DNA of 64,000 nt from Azolla caroliniana. Its lineage: Eukaryota; Plantae; Polypodiophyta. The position numbers were made by a program, and so were the translations under genes. Below are positions 14,320 through 25,531 of this stretch, one piece after another (the first letter of the stretch is position 1; every line of letters begins with the position of its first letter). The notes under the pieces are model-generated. The model was given only the letters and a program-made list of their open reading frames with translations. It had not been told where the DNA came from and ran no database searches. The stretch is taken from the NCBI GenBank assembly GCA_043228905.1, contig JBHGNT010000007.1, positions 22,010,001-22,074,000 on the forward strand, read 5' to 3'.

Positions 14320-15085
14320 TACATATATATGTCACATGCAATACAATACATACATATGCACATATATATAACACACAAACAACACATACATACACACATG
14401 CAATACAATATATACATATGCACATGTATAGAACATATACTCAGACACATATCTAACACATACATACACACATACACATATTCCATACATATGCACATGT
14501 ATATAACACACACAAACAACACATACATACACACACATGCAATACAAGACATGCATATGCACATGTATAGAGCATATACTCACACACACATCTAACACAT
14601 ACATACATGCATACACACATTCCATACATACAATACAATACATACATATGCACATATATATAACACACACAAACAACACATACACACACACATGCAATAC
14701 AATACATGCATATGCACATGTATAGAACATATACTCACACATACATACACACATTCCATACATACAATACAAGGCATACATATGCACATGTATAGAACAT
14801 TCACACACACAAACATTCCATACATACAATACAATACATACATATGCACATGTATAGAACATTTACACACACAAACACACACACATTCCATACATACAAT
14901 ACAATACATACATATGCACGTGTATAGAACATTCACACACACACACACACATTCCATACATACAACACATGCATTACAATACAATATGTAAATACATACA
15001 CATGCAATTCAATGAATACAATACAATATGTACACACATACATACATAACATGGAATACAATACAATACATACATATGTGTGCGT

Positions 15086-15132
<47 letters not shown>
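9525..15132. repeat. G-poor compound microsatellite/minisatellite blocks (AC, AT, ACAT) with local duplications
   Basis: Blocks at ~9525-9950, 10835-11120, 11230-13745, 14060-15132; 9560-9745 is duplicated at ~10936-11120; pure (CA)n runs at 11740, 14275, 15087. Confidence 0.9.
11398..11517. repeat. Small foldback / MITE remnant
   Basis: attcacagttttttccgtattttcacagttttttt is inverted-complementary to aaaaaaaactgtgaaaatacagaaaaaactatgaat. Confidence 0.6.
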
Positions 15133-15134
<2 letters not shown>

Positions 15135-15444
15135 TGCTTGCAAATGTTGATTGCAAGGTTAAAATATGTGATTTTGGATTGACAAGAGTTGTATTTCATG
15201 ACAACCCAACAATTATATTCTAGACAATATAGTAATCTATTTAAATATACACATTTCATGTTCTTAACATGCAGTTTGCAATCTTTAGGTGCTGAGAATA
15301 ATTAAGTTATTATTTTGCAAAGAAGGTACACTCTCATTGAACTTGTTTCATCTTTGATGAATATGAAAGAAGAGTTTGTGCTTGTATTTATTCTAGTTTG
15401 AGTCCAAGAAGAGATTGCTAAAAGTTTGATTAGTTTTTGTGAAG

Positions 15445-15582
15445 GCCTTAGTAAATCCTTACTTCAAGGGCTTACCTAAGGTGGAGTGTGAACTGGTTGC
15501 ACAACCCATCAGTAAGTTGGAGTTTGAATTCAAGAGGAGAAGAGTTTCAAAAAAGGATGTAAGGGAACTCATATATCAAGAG
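15445..15582 (+). pseudogene. MPK: Isolated exon of a plant group D (TDY) MAP kinase
   Basis: Translates ALVNPYFKGLPKVECELVAQPISKLEFEFKRRRVSKKDVRELIYQE, matching the ALADPYF..L...EREPS.QPISKLEFEFERR..TK.DVRELIYRE segment of MPK8/9/15-20-type kinases; bounded by AG and GT, 138 nt. Confidence 0.85.
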
Positions 15583-17271
15583 GTAATATAAACTTTGGTT
15601 TACTTAAATATGTAAATTTACTTAAAGAAAACATACATCTTTGTCCAGGCTATTCTTAAATATGTAAATTTGTTTTTTTATTACTGATCATGAATCCTCA
15701 TAGTTGTGGATCTATTTATTCATGATTATTTACCATAAATGTTCATAGTTTTGGATATGCACACATATGGTTGATGTATTGTTAGTATACGATTGTTCTC
15801 ATATGGTCTTGTAGTAACACTAAAGCTGAGAAATTGAAGCATTATTTTTCCAAGGATGGCTTATATATGATATATCATCTATAGAAACCATATAAGCGTT
15901 ATATGAGGGCCATTGGTGTAGGTACATACTTGTGTCGCACGTCATGAACATTAATAACTTGACTTATTCTCAAATAGGTTTTTGAATTTTACAGCAGGAA
16001 TTTTGAAACCCCCAAAAATTTGGAAAAGAATATATTTTGGATAAAATTTAGAATTTTTTTTTACCGTAACTCATTGATATTTGAAATACATAAGCTAAGA
16101 TGGATCGTTTTGTCATAAAGAAAGTATAAGAGCTCTGTTTGGACCCAATTATATAGAAGTCCTATACTAATGATCATTAATAACTATTATGGTATTTTTT
16201 ATGACGATTCTGTTTATGAGTTACTGATTTTGATAGAAATGCAACTTTTGCTTTTCCTCATGCCTTGCATGAACTACTTCGAAGGAAACGAGCAACCAAG
16301 AGAGCAACAAGCGTCATCCTCCCTGAAAGGTCATATTATTGAGATTCAGAAAGAAAGTATAAAACAAACCAAAGATGTGGTGAGGTCGTAGAGTGATGTC
16401 ATGGCTATAATACAGGTCCAACATTGAAGATAGAAACTACATGAAATTTATAACCTAAAATAAGCTTCTTTGGGTTTTTTATTTATATAGTTGGTCTTTA
16501 TGAAGATAACCTTTATTGTAATAAGTATTTTAAGTAGACATTGAACAATAAAATGATTAATTCTATCTCATTTTTATAGTGTGATGTCTTACATTTCAAA
16601 TGGAAATATAACATATATTGTCATTTGTTTGATCAATGTATTTGGGAACAAATAATGTAGTGGCTTCTTATGAGTTTATCCATGAAACCAAACATAATGT
16701 TAATTTGTTAGTAATTTCATTATTGATATGCATTTGGATTGTCCCATGTGTGCTCTTTGAGATATGTATGTCAAGTTCAAGATTGATTTTTTTGTAAATT
16801 ACATTCATTTTTATCACTTCATATTCTTCATATGTTTAAATAAACTCTCGACATGAACTTATATGTGGCTTATATATGATATACCTCTAATGTTTTTGAA
16901 TTATTTGTGCATTACTATATACTTTACACATTGTGTTTTCAATTTATGTGGTACTTGATAAGGCATTTCTACAAAATTGCATATGATGTTTAATGTTCTT
17001 TCACAAATTTGTGAGTCATCAATTGTAAAGAGGGTCATAGATCCGTTCTAGGTTTCTTGGATTAGAAACTATGTGTGCATGTATATTTTCTGTGTAAGGG
17101 CATTTAAAATGGGTGGTTATCAAATAATATATTGGTAATAGGGGGTATTTTTATTAATCTTTTTTTTACAAAAGGGCCTCTAAAATAGTAAAAAACATAT
17201 GTATAAGGGGTTTATAAATGATGTCCTGAATGCACGTGATACAACCTTCTTATACATAGTGGAGTCCCCGG

Positions 17272-17415
17272 GTATGCCATTCTCGTGGAGCCGGTATTGG
17301 ATCATGAATGGGAACTCTTTTGATTTCTAAGATTCGGTAAGAGTATCTTGATAGGATGATGATGACATTCTCTGTCTTGCCTTCTCCAAAGGTGTCTGAT
17401 ACTGTTGTGGACCCA
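17272..17415 (+). pseudogene. TUB: Beta-tubulin fragment
   Basis: Translates [46 protein letters not shown] versus beta-tubulin [48 protein letters not shown]. Confidence 0.92.
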
Positions 17416-18726
17416 CTGTATGCACAGTTTCTTGTAACAGGAGGTCCACTTTTGCATCCTGTTCTCAATGCAAAAACCGTACTATTTTAGTGCATGATCT
17501 TTAGCCGAATGACCGCTTCTTATTTTCACATACGATGGTTTTATCTGATTAATGAAGAACCCGTGGACATAGTGAATAATCAACAAGAAAGTCGCCTTAT
17601 AAGAATCAACCAAGAAGCGAGAGGGAAGGTAAGTTGATCTAAAGAAGATGATAGCACAATAATTATTGGTGGATCAAGAGTTCATGAGGGAAGTAAGGGC
17701 ATGGTCCAATCAGCCCAAGAGAAGGATTCAGAGACAACATGAGATGTGCAGACCAAAGCATTAGAGACAAAACAGAAGGTAGATGCGGTTGGACAAATGA
17801 CCAATGAAGAAAGATGGCCGGATAGCGGCGAAATAGCGATTGGCCGAACAACAATGGCCGAAGAATGGCCAATTAGTGGTCGGACAACAGACAAATGGAC
17901 AAGGCCGGATAGTAACAGCCAACCGAAGGATAGTGGCCGACAATAGCCATACAACGGTCGGACAATGCCCTTGAGTGGCGGTTAGATAGCGGTCGAATGG
18001 CAGCGGCGATTGGCCAAGACAAGCGGCCGAGAGCACGACCGAGACACGTAGCCAAGAGTACGACCGAGATGCACGGCCAAGAATGTGGCCGAGACACGTG
18101 GCTGAGAGTACAACCGAGACACATGGCCGAGAGTACGGCTGGCAGACGTGGTCGAGAGTACAACCAAGATGCGTGGCCGAGAAATGTGTGGCTGAGAGAC
18201 AGCCGAGACGCGTGTCCGAGATGCGTGGTCGAGATGCCCAATAACAACAAGCAGCCTTAACCTAGGGCAAAGTTGTATCATTAAGGAGACCCCCGCAACT
18301 ACCCAAGAAGAAGGAGAGTGTGGTACTACGGACGAGGTGTCTGTCCAAAATACTGCAAGTATCTTGCACTTGGATCAAGTGTCTAACTTGATCAACGAGG
18401 AGTTTGCAATGAAGACAAGCACCCAAGATGAGGAACATGTTTGCACTCCTAATAATGTGTTAGTGGAGCCGGGAAAATTGAAGAATGACACTTCCAAAGA
18501 CCTCCAAGAGATCTCTGGTAAGACTATTGACCGCATCTTCTTGGAAGTGTGTGCATCTCAGGCAGTTGCAATAGAGCACATTGTTTCCTCAAGCTTCGCT
18601 TCACCCTCCGATGATGAATTGCCACTAAGTAGTTTACTACCTCGTGGTTTTAAGATGAAGAAGGGTGTGAAATCTGAGAAGAATGAAACCGAAAATAGGT
18701 GCATTACAAGATCCAGAAAAAACTAA
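17416..18726 (+). pseudogene. Degenerate accessory ORF of unknown function with an internal GGCCGA tandem repeat (~17815-18235)
   Basis: ORFs 17746-17946 and 18337-18726 share one frame, interrupted by scattered TAG/TGA codons; convergent with the transposase. Confidence 0.4.
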
Positions 18727-20559
18727 AACCAAAGTTTATTGTATTTTGATCGTTGTATGTAATTGATTACCGAATGTAAAGTTATTGATTACCTACTTCT
18801 TGACACTAATGGGGTTTACATATCCAGGATGTGAGTTGGATGCAAAGTTATTGATAGGAATGCTAAGTCATTGATTACCCTCATCTTGACATAGTTTTAA
18901 TTTACTTGTTATGCACACATGTGATGGTGAGAATGTAAAGTCATGAGTGGAATGAACACTCCTATCTTAGATATGTCTAGGTTAGTAAACACTTAACATA
19001 GTTTAAGTACTAACTTGATATACATTGTAGCTAATTTACTACTGCCTTGTGCCACTCAGTAGTCTACTATATCCGATGATGAAGTGCCACTCATTACCTA
19101 GATAAGTTTATTGTATTTGGGTGGTTGTTTGTAATTGATAGGAATGTTAAGTTATTGATTACCCTCATTGTGACATTGTTCTGGTTTATTTGTTATGCAC
19201 ACATGTGACAGTGAGAAGATGAGTGATGAGTGGAATGAACACTCTTATCTTACATATGTCTATGATAGCAAACTCTTAACACAGATTTAGTACTAACTTG
19301 ATATGCATTCTACTAACTTTTATACATATGAGCTCCTAAAGGGTTATAGGCACACATATGATACATATGAACTACTAAAGAGTTATAGGCACACATATGA
19401 AATCCTAACTTTGATACATATGAACTCCTAACTTTGATACTAACGTAGGCTCAGATACTAGCCAATGAGATTTTTTACCAAGCACTAGACACTTTATGTA
19501 AAAGAAACATACATCTCTAAACCAAAGAGGGCCTATTGTTAGAAAACCCAAGATAAATATGAAAACCCAAGATAAATATGAAAACCCAAGATGATATATT
19601 TCCTTTCAATTGTAAGTTAGAGTTTGAATATATGCAAAAGTTACATTAGACACAACACTTGCCATTCTAAGCATTAAAGAGGGAGACCTCCCCCAATATG
19701 TGTTCGTGTACCCCTTTGGGGACTTTGTAGACAATGTTGTATCCCTTAACCTTGTGCTTTTCTTGAGTCATTTTGAACTTGATTGCAATAATGGCATCAA
19801 CATAGATAATTGCGCTGGGTGCATCTTTTAACAATGCATATGTGTTCTTGCATTGTGGCAACTTTGCATAGTAGTTGCCATACACGACAGACTCACCAAC
19901 ATTGAACATGTTGCCCCAGCCATCCCTAACGACTTCTTCCAATATTGTGTTTCCTTGCTTGCACACCACAATGTAGTAGTCTTCAAAATCTTCATTCTGA
20001 GGAGATTTGAGCACTGCAAAATGATCTCCAACTTCCAATAATATTGCCAAGTCCTCACACTGGTTGTAGTATACAATATGGTCTGAATATTCGTTTTCTT
20101 GGATATTCACACTGTGTTCTATCTCTAGATTCTGTGGCTTCCATGGCTCCACAATTGATAGATTGGTGCATTCATCCCAAGCTTCATCAAAACACATGGA
20201 ACAAAAGCACGATAAACTGCGGAATAACAATTGTGTTGTGTCCTTGCGACTAAACCCTAATACACAATGGGTTTTACAACCGTATGATTTACTCCTATCC
20301 ACCTCATTAGCACGAACCTCAATAAACAATATATTGTTACCATCATTTGACATCTTCCATGTGAGCCACTCCACAACATCATGTGCATTTTGTACCTTAG
20401 CACCTTTATTATCCAACTGCTCCGATGTAAGAGCACGCTTGATCACAGCCCCCGCGCCATCGTGCTTAGCCTTTCCATGTCCAGACCCGAAGTAGTTCCA
20501 TTGCATCCTAATGTTTGTCAATGAGAAGTATCTTGGTGTTTTGCATGACAGTTAGCCAA

Positions 20560-21420
20560 CAAACATAATTAATTGCATGACTTAAACCATAATTATTACT
20601 TATGCATGAGTGAACAATACTAATATTTGAATCAGTACAAATGAACAAGAGAGGATAGTACTAAGTTATTGATTAGTACTAATGCACGAGAGAGGATAAT
20701 ACTAAGTTGGAGATTAGTACTAATAGACGAGAGAGGGAAGTGGTAAGTTGCACGAGAAAGGATAGTATTAAGTTGGAAATTATTACTAACAGACGAGAGA
20801 GGGGAGTGGTAAGTTACTAATAAGTACTAATGCATGAGAGAGAACAACCATAAGTTATAAGTTGGTCGTAATGAACAAAGTTGGAGAGTACTAAGTTATC
20901 AATTAGTACTAATGCATGATAGAGGATAGTCCTAAGTTATAAGTTGGTCTTAATGAACAAATTTGGATAGTACTAAGTTATTAATTAGTACTAATGCATG
21001 ACAAAGGACAGTTCTAAGTTATAAGTTGGTCTTAATGAACAAAGTTGGACAATACTAAGTTAATAATTAGTACTAATGAACATGGTTGGATAGTACTAAG
21101 TTAATAATTAGTATTAATGAGAGAAAACAATCCTAAGTTATAAATTAGTACTAACAAACAAAGTTGAATACCACTAAGTTATGAATTAGTACAAACATTA
21201 ATGAGAGGGGGCAATGTAAGTATTAATTAGTGCTCATGCTTGCCAAACGGTAGTCCAAAGTTATAAATTAGTATTTATAAACGAAAGAGGATAGTATTAA
21301 GTTATTCATTAGTACTAATGCACAAGAGAGGGCAGTGTTGAGATATAAATTAGTACTCATGCCAATGAAGGAATACAATCCTAAGTTATAAATTAGTACT
21401 TAGTTGCAAACCATTGTCAG
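20560..21420. repeat. Degenerate ~40-bp tandem repeat filling transposase intron 2
   Basis: Recurring tagtactaagttat..aattagtactaat units. Confidence 0.8.
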
Positions 21421-22786
21421 TACTTGTGCATGTGCACCTTTGGGGACAATATTATGTTGTAAATTACGGATACATTACAAGGCCTCAACCTTAATTAGTA
21501 CTTGTACACGTAGGATGACAATACTAACCTGTAAGTTAAGTTTACTTAACATGGTTATTACCATAATCAATACTAGTGAATCTAGGAGGAGAGAACTAAA
21601 TGGCCAATCAGTTCAGATTCACATTCCAAGACAGTACTGGTGCATGCAGCTAGAGATTTACTAATTCAGTATTTTATACAAACATTTATAAGTACTATAG
21701 AGTATTACCAAAATAGACTTCCATTTATAAGTACCAAACATATGGATTATTTGCTCACCTTGCAATGAAGTAGAATGACCGGGCCGCCTTAAATTGCTAG
21801 GCAACACCATCAGACCAAACCCAATGCCGATTAAAGTTAACACCCAAGGACAATAAATAAGCATGGTGAAGCTTAAAACAATGTTGAACAAATAGCGTAT
21901 CATGTTTTTTATCATCTGAAATGTAGAATATTGATTTCTTATGTAACTCACCGTCTTTTCTCTAGTAGCAAATATGTACAAGTATTGTACATTGGTCATT
22001 GTACCAATGCATTGATTGAACCTCATTTTGAACTTGAAACGTATAGTTCTCTGCAAAGTCAATAACAGATACTATAACATCTGGTGGTAAGTTATTTATA
22101 CATTCCTTGTTCAACTGTGAATTTTGCCAATAACTCCTAAAGTTATGTGGAATGAACTCCTCGAGTTGGTTCTTAAACTCTGAGACAAGGGTCGTAGCAC
22201 ATGTCTCCTTATATACTTCCTTGATACGCTTACTAACAAGACCTTTACCTATATTTTTTGTCACATACTCTAAATATTTCCATTTCACAATATGACAGTT
22301 GTCTACGTCAAGCTCCTGTCTACAAAATGCGGTCGTGGGAAAACTTTACATGTTCTTAGAAGACATGTACGATTATGCCAGTAAGATGATGGTTGTTTTT
22401 CACAAACAAAAGACCTCCATAACTCAGAAACCGATGCATAAGTCATGTTTCGCGCTGTCGTGAAGATTTCCGGCTATAGTGTGAAACCGGGGTGGAATAG
22501 GCAAGTCAGTGGTGTGCAACATGTGCACATGTATACTAGGATATGGTGTATAGAAAGAGAGGGGAAAATTTTGTCCCACATTGTGAGGTCCCTCCCTCCT
22601 TGGGCTATAAAAGGAAGGGAGGGGTCACTTATGAAGGGGTTGCCTATTTTGAGGGAGAGAGGCATACCACTTAGGTCGAGGGTTTCCTATTCGGTTTTAG
22701 GGTTTCGGTTAGGGTTTTCTGCTTGGGTTTTCCTTTAGGGTTTTCTTATAGTCGTTTGGTGCGTCCATGGCGGCCACCATTGTTGT

Positions 22787-23403
22787 TGTCATAACTAGAC
22801 TCGAACCCATAACCTTTTGTTACATGGGTCGAGACTTTACCATTAGGTTATGAGTTGTAATTTGAAGGATATTATTTTCATTTGGGTTTTATTAGGAAAT
22901 TGATGTATATTCCAGATTTCTCTGGAACATTCTAGAAACTTCAGGAGTATGACACTAGACTCGAACCCATAACCTTTTGTTACATGGGTCGAGACTTTAC
23001 CATTAGGTTATGAGTTGTAATTTGAAGGATATTATTTTCATTTAGGTTTTATTAGGAAATTGATGTATATTCCAGATTTCTCTGGAACATTCTAGAAACT
23101 TCAGGAGTATTCCTGAAGACACTATAAAAGGAGGCGCAAGGCATTAGTTCGAACCAAATCGGTTCAACGCCAGTCTTAAGCCTTCTAACTACTGTTGTAT
23201 ATCTTCCGTCATATAATACATATATCTTTCGCATCATCATTCTCTCTCTCTCTCTCTCTCTCTCTCACTCACTCATTCCTTCTCTCAAAGTTCGACACCT
23301 CTCATAGTACTAATCCTTCTCTGTCGTAGTACTATTCCCCAACAATAGTACTAATCCTTCTTTTAGTACTAATTCCTTCTCTGCCTTAATAGAGTTCCTG
23401 ACA
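22787..23403 (+). mobile_element. Nested solo LTR with an internal 160-bp tandem duplication
   Basis: TGTCA...TGACA termini, TSD GTTGT (22782-22786, 23404-23408), TATAAAAG at 23123, (CT)n tract. Confidence 0.88.
22797..23010 (-). promoter_or_regulatory. Two copies of a tRNA-like A/B-box module in the nested solo LTR
   Basis: Minus strand TAACCTAATGGTAAAG...GGTTCGAGTCT at 22850-22797 and 23010-22957. Confidence 0.6.
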
Positions 23404-25531
23404 GTTGTAACCGTTCGTTGTTTTAATATAACTTGTTGAACATCTTGCCTCCGCCGATCTCTCCTTCTATGTCGTGGTCTTATTCTTTCCTCTTCTCCTC
23501 TTGAGCTAAGCCTCCATATCATGTCCTATTCTTTCTCCTCCACTCCCTAGTCCGAGATCCCGGTGGTCCCGCCCCTTCTACACGTACGCGCGTAACAATG
23601 CGACAACGCATTACATCTATTATCACTCCCATTTGGTCTACATACCTCATAAGTGCAAACACACCCATCCCTATGTATACCCTTAGAATCAGTACACATA
23701 GTGTTCAGGCCAAGCCTTAACATGTCCATTTTAATGTGGTACACACAACAACATGTGTTCCTCTCTTTTAACTTTCTAGCAAAAAACGGTTTCAAACCTT
23801 GGAACTTGCGAAATCCAAGATTGATGTTAGGATGTTGGTCTTTGAAGTTCATGAACAATTTTGCCTACATCACTCAATAAATAATATCATTCAATAAAAG
23901 AAAATATTTAGAAACAAATAGATAAAAACAAAAGAATTACCTCAGTCATCTCCAAGAAGTGTCTTGGGTGAATCTAGTACCTACCCCGACTTATACGTTG
24001 TCTACATACATCTTTTTTATTCGGTGAGACACGAGTATTTTTTGCCCAAAAGGAATCCACTTTCTCAATAATCTCATGAGACAAGGTATCACATCGTCGT
24101 CTACGGCCTAACCCCAACCACTTAAATTGATTTGACTCTATATTTGTCCGATGCTTCCTCAAGTTTCTTCTTTGAATACCAAGGGCTAAGGCAACTTTAG
24201 TATCACTATTTTTTTTTTCTTGTACCATTTACAACCATGTGAAGTGTTGCTCTCTTTGAACCAAGTTTATCTATGCTCTCTACCCCTTTCACTAAGTGTA
24301 GCGATGACTTCATAGACTCTACCATCTCCTCTGAAACACATTGGTCCCTAAATTTAATATGAATCTTCATGCACTCATTCAAAAGCTAATGGTGTAACAC
24401 TCTAGAGATAATATCCCTACGATCTTCCTTGGTAAATCTCTCAATTAATTTTGGTAAATAACGAAGTATTTGAAGAACCACCCGTCTCTTGCTCCTCTCA
24501 GACATAGAATTGCTACATGACGACTCACTCTCCTTGACATCTACCATTGCCACTCTCATGTATTCCAACACATAATTTCTTGTTATTTCAATGCCGAATT
24601 AATCAAAATAAATTCTTAATACATCGTCGAATAAACGTACTTAATACGTCAATGGAAACCACATCAACCCGTTTTCGAATAAACATGTACGATAATACCA
24701 CACACATATTCCTTTAACAAAACAATACAGTACTAAGAAAACCATACCAATAGGCTAATATAAAAGTCAAGTTTTAGGTGTTATCCACATGTGCCTAACG
24801 TCATTGGCAGAATATTATCATTCTATTAAGATCGGGAAATAGTACAAATAACAATATGCTCAACGTAATATGGTAACAATGAACACGTAGACGGAGATGA
24901 TAATGACAATAATAATCATGATGATGATGAAGACATAATCTTTTCAGCATAAATAAATCTTAAAGTTTCCATTTGAAAGGATAAACAATAAATATTAAAG
25001 CTTAAAAAACAGTTTTAAAGACATACCCAGGGAAGGAGAAGATATACCGAGGGAAGGAGACGACATACCGAGGGAAGGAGAAGATGGCTCAGATGTGTGA
25101 CACAAAGAACGCTTGATCATTTTTATGTAGGTTTGATTCGTAGATAAGGAATGGCAAGATCCCAAATCTTGGGGACATTCACGTGCTGTGAATACATGAG
25201 ATGCAAAGAACGACAAACAGTGAATCTGAGATGGGCTCGGTTGAAAGGAGGAAGGGGATGCGCCAAATTCAATTAATGTGGCGTGATAAATTAAAAGTGA
25301 TGGGGAAATAGCCACCAAATCAGTCCTCACTCCTGAATACGCAACAACTGTCTCCCCCCATTTAAATGCAACGGGTACTACCCCCACCCCACTCCCTAAA
25401 AAGATTATAAAATTTTTCGATTTTTTTAAAAGCTTTTTTATAATTACTTAGTACTCACAATACTAAAAGTACTTGTGTTTTTCGTAGCAAAAAACAATAC
25501 TTTTTTGGTACACCGTAGCATGCTTTGACCC

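Larger units (their letters stand above)
22456..23586. mobile_element. Solo gypsy-type LTR inserted in the transposase (right end degenerate)
   Basis: Starts TGTCGTGAAGATTTCCGGCTA like the LTR at 53399; flanked by (C)GCGC direct repeats at 22451-22455 and 23587-23591. Confidence 0.8.
19667..24559 (-). pseudogene. Sola2-like DDD transposase, three exons (24559-23941, 23864-21759, 20531-19667)
   Basis: Motifs FQGLKP...RNTCCCVYH, IDFAENY..QVQNEVQSMHW, WVWSDGVA*QFK, YFGSGHGKAKHDGAGAVIKR, SCFCSMC; GT-AG introns 23940-23865 and 21758-20532 join in frame (MTE|AKLF; FIAR|YFSLTNIR); removing the LTR insert at 22456-23591 restores HCYARNMTY. Stops and frameshifts are present. Confidence 0.8.
8451..25531 (-). 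mobile_element. Large Sola2-like DNA transposon with cargo
   Basis: 14-bp TIR with one mismatch: GGGTAAAAGCATGC (8451-8464) / GCATGCTTTGACCC (25518-25531), each exactly at a junction with unrelated DNA (copia RT on the left, satellite on the right); GGG...CCC ends fit Sola2 GRG...CYC; encloses the transposase pseudogene. No matching TSD. Confidence 0.6.

Noticed and set aside
9485-15259. Dozens of His/Thr/Tyr/Ile- or Cys/Val/Met-rich ORFs
   Set aside because: Translations of AC/AT/ACAT microsatellite, open in several frames on both strands.
16236-16330. Possible second MAPK exon ending at a GT
   Set aside because: No convincing match to ILEYHP or later MAPK motifs in any frame.
9330-17226. 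MULE-like terminal motifs (AAGGGGT/AAGGGTAT) at ~9330-9450 and ~17095-17226
   Set aside because: Same orientation, not mutually complementary, and no 9-bp TSD found.
17250-17468. 72-aa minus-strand ORF
   Set aside because: It is the antisense of the beta-tubulin fragment.
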